Of a DNA stretch of 64,000 bases, positions 24,267 through 34,131 are shown one piece after another. The stretch comes from Lingula anatina. Its lineage: Eukaryota; Animalia; Brachiopoda. Location: assembly GCA_051362555.1 (NCBI GenBank), contig CM120642.1:32798001-32862000 (forward strand). The letters are read 5' to 3'. The translations under genes and the position numbers were made by a program. Position 1 is the stretch's first letter; every line of letters begins with the position of its first letter. The notes under the pieces are model-generated. The model ran no database searches, was not told the DNA's origin, and worked only from the letters and a program-made list of their open reading frames with translations.

Positions 24267-24304
<38 letters not shown>

Positions 24305-24338
24305 AATGGTTTGTCCTTCATAGTATTCATGACTCTAA

Positions 24339-24517
24339 GGCCACATTCAGAACAGTGGACTAGTTTGACTGTGGATCAAATATGGCAACCCACTAAAAAG
24401 CTTGCCATCTAATCTGCTAATAGACACTGTATAGATTACCCTTTGGGAAGTATTCAAGTGATATTGGATTTGGCCATATTTGACCCTCAGAGTTAGTCCA
24501 CTGTTCTGAGTGTGGCC
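24339..24517. mobile_element. Harbinger-type MITE (uninterrupted paralog of 16962-17355)
   Basis: TIR ggccacattcagaacagtggacta / tagtccactgttctgagtgtggcc. Confidence 0.8.
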
Positions 24518-24993
24518 TATGACAGAGTTACATCTTTGTTCGAACAATCAATCAGCCTAATTTGTCCATTTTTCCTAAAGTCTGTTTTTTTTTTTTTTCA
24601 GCATATTTTTCCAGTATTATACAAATAAAATGAAAACCATGTCATATTTTGCTTTTTAACTTGCATGACTGATTCAAAGGTCAGACATACTGTTAGATCA
24701 AGTTTGAAAATAAGCTTGATTAGCTTATTTTTGTTGAAGTCTTAGCAGTAATATATTTTATGCATCATAATATTCTGCTTTTTGTCTCTACATTAGACAG
24801 CTTTGCAGTTAAGTTATTCCTTTTTTTTTTTTTTTTTTGTGAAATATTCATTTTTCACATATTAATTGGCATTTTCAAGGTTTGCCACTGAATTTCCATG
24901 GACTTGATTACCTTTGATAGTCACACTTTTTGAATAACTATGTTACCTGTAGTGCACAATTAAAAATTGGTGGTGATTATGCTGTTAAGCATT

Positions 24994-27900
24994 CGGCCAT
25001 TCTCAATAACTAGGTCCAATTAGGGTTTTTAAAAAGTGAAAATTGAATTTATCATTTTGATGTTGTTTTATGCTCTAAATTGACCCTGTATTATTCAGTA
25101 AATTTGCCCAAAAATTCTGTATGCAACACTTTCACCGATCCTGAGATACGTGTGCCGTAACAAAGGGGTATAGAGTCTCAAAACTGGGCACAAAAAACCT
25201 TCGTGATCACAGAAGTACACGTAGTTTGAGGCGTCGTATGAACTTATGCAGCAAGCTAGGCTTTTTCAAAACGATTCAGTTTAAAATAGTTATGTTGCAC
25301 AAATTATGCACAGTAGAAATAAAAGATACAGGGCAGAAAATGCACACCAGAGCCTTTGTCTAAAAATGTTGTGCGATCAGAGAAAATGAAAAAAACTTTT
25401 TCAAAATTCACACATGAGTCTGTCCTTTTTCCCACAGTAAATCTAAGACACCCGTAAGGCTTGGTTTTCGTGTTAAATAAAACCTATGTGCCTTCTTTCA
25501 GAAAAGACGTGTTCCCTGGTAAGTACTCTCTACCCTTTAATATATAGTCCGGGTACAAATGAAACACACATTTCGTAACGAAGATTTAATGTTTTTAACA
25601 CTGACATGACATTCCACATTTTGGTATTTAAGATGTATAAAACTGAAACTAAGTTAAAAAAATATCACTTTAAAGACATGCATCACTAACATCTTGCTGT
25701 GATTTCACTCTGCACTATATATAACAAAACACTGCATCTAATTTCGGACGATTTGTGTGTACATTAAGCAAATAATTTAATTAAGGAAAAACAAGTTACA
25801 AAAAGCAAAAATCTGCCCTTTGTTTCATTGTTTTACAGACAAAATACTTCATTTTAAAACAAATAGTAAAGCTCCCAGGTTTGAAGTTTCCACCTTGGAA
25901 GAGATAGGTCGGGTAAACGTAAATGCATAATACATAACGGAGGTTTAAATATATTCCACAGTTTGCATTTATATCAAAGACTAAAATTAAGCTTTAAGAT
26001 CACTTTAAAGATTCGCATAACATAGGCTACATCTTGCTGTGATTTACAAACAAACAGTAGAAAGTCTCTATTTGATATTTTCCGCCTTGGATTATAAGGT
26101 AAATGACATTTTGTAACGAAAGTTTTATAATCCTGTAAAATTATTTAATTAACTTCTGAAAGTGAGTCTGAGAGTAACATACTTGTAACAACAAGTAAAT
26201 ATCTGTTCATCAACATGTTCAAACATTACCAATAAAAATAAACTTCTTTTAAAACATATTCAGTATGCGTTCTCTGTCCTTTTCCGACAGTTTAAACATG
26301 CGTTGTGATTTTCCACAAGCCTCTGGCGTACTGATCACGGTTAAAATGGCGTCGTGTTTTAGCCAGATTTTATCTTCTCTAGAAGGCCATTGTAGCAACT
26401 GCTTGCGTTTCTCCATAAAACACACCTCCACCTCTTCATCCTCCTCATCCGTATCAGAGATCTTTCCAATATACCACTCCCCATCATAAATTGCTGCGAC
26501 GTACTGCCCGACAGTCAGGACAGCGGCATCTCTCTCGGGTGTCTCATCAGCATCCAGACCTGAGGTTTGATCGTTGTCATCGTAGGTGGTGACTTGCAAC
26601 ACCTGGTTTTGCCAGGTAGTGCAAGTTATTCCAGACAAACAGATGTCGCAGTAGCAACTGACATTGCGAACCTTGACCTGCGATGCCCCCAAACCCACAA
26701 CGGCATGTACTTTCATAGTTCCCTTTAGTGGCTTGATTACTCTCTTTTCCTGCTCTTTTTGTTTTTTCTCACACTTTGCTGCAGACACAAACAGAAAAGA
26801 GACGTTTGTCATGCTCGACTGGACAGCCCATGTGAAAAAAGAATTTGCGTCTTGTATCACGGCCTTGCCTGCTCTCATTGCTTGGTCAGCGAGACGCTTA
26901 CAGGAACCGCCCAGGCCATCGCACGGCCCCTTCCCATGGCCGGCTTCAAAGTAGTTCCACCTGGCCTTAACTTGGTACATGGATTCATGGTTAGCTACAA
27001 AATCGAACATGTGCTTGTTTCTGTACTGACTTGTAGGAGAATCACTCCAGTAATGTATAGTCCTTAAATCTGGAACAATCTCTTTCAAGAGCGGAACTAT
27101 CTCATCCACGAAAGCGATGACAGTGGACGATGCATGTGTCATTTCATCTGAAACAACGATGAAGCTTTTGTGGAGTAACTCGCCTGAGACGCGATAATAG
27201 GCAACTACGGGATGTAGGGTGACGGTTGTCTGATTAAAGTACGCACTCTGTACCTCTTCCATAGACCTACAGCTGTAATTTTCTGCAAAATCGAGTTGAA
27301 CAATCATCTCGTTAGCGGGAAGATTTTCTTTCAGTTTCTTGATTTGTTCATATTGTGTACCCACACGGAAGACATGTTCTTTGAAATCCTTCATCTGACC
27401 TTCAAAGTGGCTTGCAATTTGTTTCCTATCGAGCGTGGATTCAATCATTTTCGTGACATATTTCTTTCTTCCCTTTTCCTCTATCTCCACTCGTTTCCAC
27501 TGCGTAATCACAGTCGAGTCACCAACAGCCTCTTCAATTTGATGTACATCGGGCATATTCTTGATGACAGATTCTGGATTTGCTGGTATGTCAATCCCTG
27601 CACGCTTTAAGGCTTTGACAGTTAAAGCTGCATTTTGGTGTTTGGTGCATAAGCAGGAGCTGCGACCTGCATACGCAGCTGTCAGTATGTATTTTGGACG
27701 GCATCGACAGAATGATGCAAGTGACAATTTTATTGTAGGATTTTCCGACAAAAATTTTTTGTGCAAATTCCTTGTGTAATCAGTTAAAACAAAAGTTTGT
27801 GACAATCCATCTTTTACCTTCTTGGCATCCTTTTTGCCTGGTTGTTGTCGGCTGTTATCCTCTCTTTTGAGGAACTCTTCCACTTGCCTTTTATATCGTC

Positions 27901-30159
27901 GGCAGGCATTAAATCGTTGTGCTCTTCTCAGTTGGTGCATTTTGCTGTCCGTTGTAGTCAATCTATGTCGGCATAGACCTGTGGAAGCAGCCAGCAAGCT
28001 CCCCAACCTGTACTTCTTGACGATGCGACCAGAAATAACCCTGTGTATGGCTTTCACGTTTCCTTTTTGGGTTCCCTCTTTGGTCGCCCTTATTTCTCTC
28101 ATCATAGTGTTCGCCAACAGCAGAGGTTTTTTTATTACCTCCTTTTGGCTGGATGATAGCTGTGCCTTGTCCATGAGATTTTCAGTTTGCTTTCTGGGTG
28201 TCAGTTCACCACACTGTATCTTCTTCTTTTTCATTCTTTGTAGTGACCTCTGAGCTGTCTTACACCTCTTTTTAAGTATTAACTTTTCTTCCTCCAACGT
28301 TTTCATTCTCGCTTTTACTTCTGATAGCTCTCGTTTCCATCTTTGAACTGCGCCCTTGCGCCTGTTTCCGAAATTCATTTTAATTAGAAGAGGGCGGTCT
28401 CTTTCGCTTTCATATCCACTTGTTTCATCAGTGTCATTGTGCGCCCTTTCTTCGCGTTTTCTAGCGTAGAATAGACGCAACTTTTCACGGTTTTTCGCAT
28501 TCCGTTTTTGCCTTTCATCATTTGAAAGTGCAGAGGATGGAATGTAATTCCGTCTAACCCTTTCACGTTCTTTTCTTAGATATTCTTCTGCATTCTTTTC
28601 CTTAAGTCTCTGTCTATACGCTTTTTGTATTTCTGCTCTACTCTTTACCATATCTGTATCTTATTGTGACCCTGAAATTATTAGAAACCTTCGTTACCAA
28701 CATGAAACTTTCGTTACCTTTGATTAGTCTTTTTCAAATACAGCAGAAATCTCTTTCAATCAAAATCAAATTTTGTTTGCAACTTAAGAGGATATTTATT
28801 AAATACACAATGTATCGTTCATGCCAGATATTCATCTCTTCTCCTCCAGCAAGCTGATTAATCTCAAGTACATTAATATATACATGTTAATTAAATTCAC
28901 CATCTTTTATTTTCTTCTGTGTTTTGTAAATCAATGAATATTCAAGTTTTAAAAAATAACAACTATTTGTTCTTCTAGTATCGCACATTATTTATGCCCT
29001 GCTGATATAATTATGTCACAGTAAGTGGTATACAAAACAATATTCAAATTGCAAACCTTCGTTACCAAATGATCACGGAGGTTTACACGTTTGAATTACA
29101 TTTTATATGCAACAATTTATCAAGTTCAATTTGTACTTGTAAAAAAGAAAGATTCTGGTTATAATATCCCATTTAAACATTTTGGTTAGGCCCGCTTGGT
29201 CACACTATAATTAGTCATAATAATTTAGGCATACTTACACACGAAAAGTTGCTTTCAAAACAGAAAGAGTCTGCTGCACGAGATTCGTCTGCTGCTCTCA
29301 ATGGCGGCTGTTGTACAAAAGGCGGCAAAAGGCGGCAAATAAGTACTTAAATACTGAGTTATTCTTTATTCTTTATTTAGTTTTAGGATATCGGTAACGA
29401 AAGTTTAAGTAACGAAGGTTTAGTAACACCTTAGACTCTCTAGGTTTCCTACTGCTTTTTCCTCAAAACACAAGTTAGATGTGATTTACTCGAATGGTCC
29501 GAAGTCTGCTTCATGATTAAAGTGATATATGGCAGGTTTTTTGGACAGAACGTACTAGGATTAATGATCACGAAGGTTTTGTCATTTACTCATTAACTGA
29601 ATTCATCTGTGAGACTTCATTCATACATCGTAAAAAACAGACCTGGCTTCTGTTATTTTGTCTTGTTTAAAACATTTATTATATCAAGTTAGGAACGAAC
29701 TTCTTTCATGAAATGTTCATGAATGATTTCTTGCAGATTAGCCGTGTCTAAAATCGCACAACGGAGGTTTTTTGAAAAATCAAAATTCGGGCGACACTGC
29801 ATATCAAAGGAATAATATTCAAACAGCCATGCATACTGATGTTTAAATAACCTTATCTGAAAAAACGATGTTATGTGACATGAAAAAAAGGTGCGTCACA
29901 AAAAGAAGAATATATTGTCGTGGTATAAATTTAGCATGTTTAATGGAGATGGTGTTTGGCGACAGTAACGAAGGTTTGATTTTTATTATCAAAATTATTA
30001 TTTTTCTGGCAATGAATCACAGAATACTGACTATTTTGGCTTATAAGTTGGTCATAAGGTGCACGTCATTTTGAGTCAGTGAACAGACTTAATTGTCTTT
30101 TATTTACGGAACCAAGGCCTGGAACATCAATTGGACCTAGTTACTGAGAATGGCCGATA
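24994..30159 (-). mobile_element. Full-length DNA transposon, Sola2-like, about 5.17 kb
   Basis: 28-bp TIR cggccattctca(a/g)taactaggtccaatt at 24994-25021 and 30129-30156 (1 mismatch); empty site aagcattatgtaatatcgcatc at about 17801; ATT duplicated at 24991-24993 and 30160-30162. Confidence 0.9.
26249..28651 (-). CDS. DDD-type transposase (Sola2-like), 800 aa, intact ORF
   Basis: Motifs QLDFAENY, EVQSAYF, WSDSPTSQYRN, FEAGHGKGPCDGLGG; Cys/His cluster CRCRP..CLCTKH; CYCDIC; basic coiled-coil N-terminus; lies inside TIRs. Subgroup call is from remembered motifs. Confidence 0.85.
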   Translation of the reverse strand: MVKSRAEIQKAYRQRLKEKNAEEYLRKERERVRRNYIPSSALSNDERQKRNAKNREKLRLFYARKREERAHNDTDETSGYESERDRPLLIKMNFGNRRKGAVQRWKRELSEVKARMKTLEEEKLILKKRCKTAQRSLQRMKKKKIQCGELTPRKQTENLMDKAQLSSSQKEVIKKPLLLANTMMREIRATKEGTQKGNVKAIHRVISGRIVKKYRLGSLLAASTGLCRHRLTTTDSKMHQLRRAQRFNACRRYKRQVEEFLKREDNSRQQPGKKDAKKVKDGLSQTFVLTDYTRNLHKKFLSENPTIKLSLASFCRCRPKYILTAAYAGRSSCLCTKHQNAALTVKALKRAGIDIPANPESVIKNMPDVHQIEEAVGDSTVITQWKRVEIEEKGRKKYVTKMIESTLDRKQIASHFEGQMKDFKEHVFRVGTQYEQIKKLKENLPANEMIVQLDFAENYSCRSMEEVQSAYFNQTTVTLHPVVAYYRVSGELLHKSFIVVSDEMTHASSTVIAFVDEIVPLLKEIVPDLRTIHYWSDSPTSQYRNKHMFDFVANHESMYQVKARWNYFEAGHGKGPCDGLGGSCKRLADQAMRAGKAVIQDANSFFTWAVQSSMTNVSFLFVSAAKCEKKQKEQEKRVIKPLKGTMKVHAVVGLGASQVKVRNVSCYCDICLSGITCTTWQNQVLQVTTYDDNDQTSGLDADETPERDAAVLTVGQYVAAIYDGEWYIGKISDTDEEDEEVEVCFMEKRKQLLQWPSREDKIWLKHDAILTVISTPEACGKSQRMFKLSEKDRERILNMF

Positions 30160-31699
30160 ATTATGTAATATCGCATCAAAATTGCCCCATTTTATTTTGC
30201 TGCCATAATGCCCTTAAAAAAAACAATATCACTTATGATGTGCACACCTGTAGAAAAAAAAGCAAAGGCCTACATTGCCACTTGATTTGCATTTTTTTAA
30301 ATAGAAATGTGAATTATTTGCAATTAACTTATTAATGCACAGTTTATTTCTCTTATTTAAACTGAATTTCATTTTAACTCCTGTTGTTTCAGTTATGGAA
30401 TACCAAAATAACTTTTCTTAACAAGTGTGCAGGGGTGGATGCAGAATTATTTGAAGAGGGGTCCACAGATGCAAAGCCGACCCCCCCCCCCCGGTCCCCC
30501 CAACCCCACCCCCTTGGCATGGGGTTCGGAGGCCCGCTGAAGGGCACCCGAAACATTTTGGTATTTAAGAGGGCGAGCGGTGCAATTTGGTATGGTTTAG
30601 AACTATAAATTAGCTTGTCACAATTCAAATTTCAAGAGGGGAGCTTTAATTGGTGTGATTTTTTCAGTAATCGAAGGGAGAGTCAGGACCGCCCTTAGCT
30701 GACCACCCCCCCCCTCTAAATCTGCCAACGAGTAGGCCTATGTATGTAAAATTACCAAACCTTTCACATTACTTATATTAAGCAAAATCTTCATAAATAT
30801 AGCAAAATAAATGCAGACTAGTCAAGTTGTGTGGGTTAGGCCTACTCATGTATCAATCTTGCTTTAGATAATTTGTATTGCAAATGGGTTAAATCCTCCC
30901 CTAAAAAGTCAATCATAAATAAACAACAAATTGGTCATGGACAAAAAGGATTTTTGCGTCAAGTATTTCTTGAAGTATCTTTATTTTTTCAAGGTATTTC
31001 AAGGTTAATAAATATTATTGCGCCATCTAGATATAAACAACTGTCCTGTGTTGCCGTTTCCGCCATATTGTGGCCTGTCCTGTCGTTTCTCCTAAACCGA
31101 GGCTGCATCTCAGAAGACTGCAAAGAGAAGTTGAAAAATTCTGCAGGTATTTTAACATTTTTGACTCTTTTTTATGAAAAAATGAATCTCTTAAGACTAT
31201 AATTGTCACACGTAATTATCCGCCGGTATGAACGATACAGTTGATCAGAGTTTACAATTCAATCACTGGAAGTAACGGACCCAACCAACACTGGGACCCA
31301 ACCGATTCCCACTCCCGCCATTGCGGCCATCTTCTGGCGGGACAAGCGGCGTCATGCTTTCTAGGATTATCCCTGGTCATGGCTATTGTAAAATATGTCT
31401 TTGTTGCCTTTACTACGCATATTACGCTTAATTTACTTATTGAATCACTAACAGACATGCAGTAGTATTTTCTTATATATGTTTTCGATGGCTTTTTCTG
31501 TTACCCAACACCATGGAAGCGTATCTGCCTGCACAGCGCAAGAAAGGACTTGGTTACGATAGTATATTACGCTACAGGGCTCCTGCCGCAGGGCAGATCT
31601 AAAACCTGGATAAATCCTGCATTCTTTTCCAAGTGACTGGCTCATGGCGGCTTTTTTTTTTTTTTTTTTTTTTGTTTCTAACAACAAAGTGGATTCACC

Positions 31700-33151
31700 A
31701 TGCATAAAAGAGTTCACACTGGAGAGAAACCTCACAAGTGCAGATTCTGTGAAAAATATTTTACGAAACAAAGTGTTTGCACTAATCATGAAAGAATTCA
31801 CAAATTTGTGAGACGTTGCAAGCGTAGATACTGTGACAAATATTTTACAGATCAAAGTAGTTGTACCGGGCATGAAAAAATTCACCCAGGAGAGAAACCT
31901 TACAAGTGTAGATACTGCAACAAACATTTTGCACAAAAAAGTAATTGTATCATGCATGAAAGAATCCACACAGGAGAAAAACCTTACAAGTGCAGATTCT
32001 GTGACAAATATTTTACTCAACAAAGTAGTTGCACCGCGCATGAAAAAAATCACACAGGAGAGAAACCTTACAAGTGTCGATACTGCGACAAATATTTTAC
32101 AGCACAAAGAATTTGCACCATTCATGAAAGAATTCACAAAGGAGAGAAACCTTACAAGTGTAGATTCTGTGACAAATATTTTACACAAAAAGGTAATTGT
32201 GCTAGTCATGAAAGAATTCACACAGGAGAGAAACCTTACAAGTGTCGATACTGCGACAAATATTTTACAGTACAAAGCAGTTGCACCAGTCATGAAAGAA
32301 TTCACACTGAAGAGAGACCTTACAAGTGTAGCTTCTGTGACAAATATTTTAAAGAACGTTGTGCTTGCATCCGTCATGAAAGAATTCATAATGGAGAGAG
32401 ACCTTACAAGTGTAGATTCTGTGACAAATATTTTACACGACTAGGTGAGTGCTCCATTCATGAAAGAATTCACACAGGAGAGAAACCTTTCAAGTGTAGA
32501 TTCTGTGGCAAATGTTTTACACAAAAAAGTGGTTGCACCTATCATGAAAGAATTCACACAGGAGAAAAACCTTACAAGTGTAGACTCTGTGACAAATATT
32601 TTACAGCACAAGGTAGTTGCTCCATTCATGAAAGAATTCACAGAGGAGAGAAACCTTACAAGTGTAGATTCTGTGACAAATATTTTACACGACTAAGTGA
32701 TTGCTCCATTCATGAAAGAATTCACACAGGAGAGAAACCTTTCAAGTGTAGATTCTGTGGCAAATGTTTTACACAAAAAAAAGGTTGCACCTATCATGAA
32801 AGAATTCACACAGGAGAGAAACCTTACAAGTGTAGGTTCTGTGACAAATATTTTAATGAACAAGGTAGGTGCACCAATCATGAAAGAATTCACACAGGAG
32901 AGAGACCTTACAAGTGTAGGTTCTGTGACAAATATTTTACACAACAAAGTATTCGTACTAAACATGAAAGAATTCACACAGGAGAGAAACCTTTCAAGTG
33001 TAGATTCTGTGTCAAATGTTTTACACAAAAAAGTGATTGCACCAATCATGAAAGAATTCACACAGGGGAGAAACCTTACAAGTGTAGGTTCTGTGACAAA
33101 TATTTTACACGACAAAGTAGTTGCACTAAACATGAAAGAATTCACACATGA
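31700..33151 (+). CDS. Tandem C2H2 zinc-finger protein, copy 3 (483 aa, 17 finger units, second one altered)
   Basis: Same 84-bp repeat; stop arises from GGA>TGA in a TGEKP linker; decayed fingers continue to about 33480. Confidence 0.85.
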   Translation: MHKRVHTGEKPHKCRFCEKYFTKQSVCTNHERIHKFVRRCKRRYCDKYFTDQSSCTGHEKIHPGEKPYKCRYCNKHFAQKSNCIMHERIHTGEKPYKCRFCDKYFTQQSSCTAHEKNHTGEKPYKCRYCDKYFTAQRICTIHERIHKGEKPYKCRFCDKYFTQKGNCASHERIHTGEKPYKCRYCDKYFTVQSSCTSHERIHTEERPYKCSFCDKYFKERCACIRHERIHNGERPYKCRFCDKYFTRLGECSIHERIHTGEKPFKCRFCGKCFTQKSGCTYHERIHTGEKPYKCRLCDKYFTAQGSCSIHERIHRGEKPYKCRFCDKYFTRLSDCSIHERIHTGEKPFKCRFCGKCFTQKKGCTYHERIHTGEKPYKCRFCDKYFNEQGRCTNHERIHTGERPYKCRFCDKYFTQQSIRTKHERIHTGEKPFKCRFCVKCFTQKSDCTNHERIHTGEKPYKCRFCDKYFTRQSSCTKHERIHT

Positions 33152-33888
33152 GAGAAACTTTACAAGTGTATACCGTAACTCTGTGACATTTTTTTAGAGA
33201 ACATAGTGGTTGCACTATTCATGAAAGAATGCACAAGGGAGTGAGACCTTACAAGTGTAAATTCCATAAAAATTATTTTACAGAACAAAGCAGTTGCGCC
33301 GAGCATAAAAGAATTTACAAAGTAGTGAGACCTAGTAACAAGTGTGAATTCTTTGACAATAATTTTCCAGACAAGATTGGTCACCATCTAGAAAGAATTT
33401 ACACAGGAAAAAAAATTGCTTACATTTGTAGAATCTGTGATTAAATTAAGTTTCTTGTTAACATTATGAAGAACTTCAAAAGGTATACTTATTCAGAAAA
33501 AAATCCCTGCACCCCCCCCTCCTTTTTTTTTTTTTTTTTTTAAAGATTGCTGGCTACAGACCCTTTTTTAGTTCTGAAAACCTTAAGAATCTGTAGACGA
33601 TCATTCCTGATTGTCAGAGAGTTACCTAATGCCAGGTCAGGTAGTAAAGCATTGTGTTGATTCATTTGATAAGCATTTTCACCGAATTTCTTAATTTTAA
33701 TGTGAAAATATGAGAAGGAAGCACCAGTTAAGTAGAGTCCAACATTACAGAAGTAAACACTTAACAGGGACTTAACCTAGCATTAGATGCCCTGTAAAAT
33801 GGGCAGCTGATATACTGGATTTTATATATACAAATATAATATATATTAATCAAGTAATAAATTGAATTCATATAACAAAAGAATATAA

Positions 33889-34131
33889 GGGACTGTTCAC
33901 ATGAAAAATCTATTTTCTAAAAATATATTTGCGGTAACTTGTGATCACGGTCTGTGCCCTGAATACCCCGCAGGAAATATTTACTGGCAGCTCTGAGAAT
34001 TAATTACAACTACGGAAGAAACTGGTTCGCGCTGCTCGTAATTACGCCAAGGGGTATTCAGGGCACAGACCATGATCACAAGATACTGCAAATATAATTT
34101 TGGAAAATAGGTTTTTCATGTGAAAGGTCCC
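33889..34131. mobile_element. Harbinger-type palindromic MITE (family of 13104-13327)
   Basis: gggactgttcacatgaaaaatctattttc / gaaaataggtttttcatgtgaaaggtccc; flanks taa/tta; absent at the paralogous site near 15066. Confidence 0.8.

Noticed and set aside
26249-28651. Domesticated host gene rather than a transposon
   Set aside because: Near-perfect TIRs and an empty paralogous site indicate a mobile insertion
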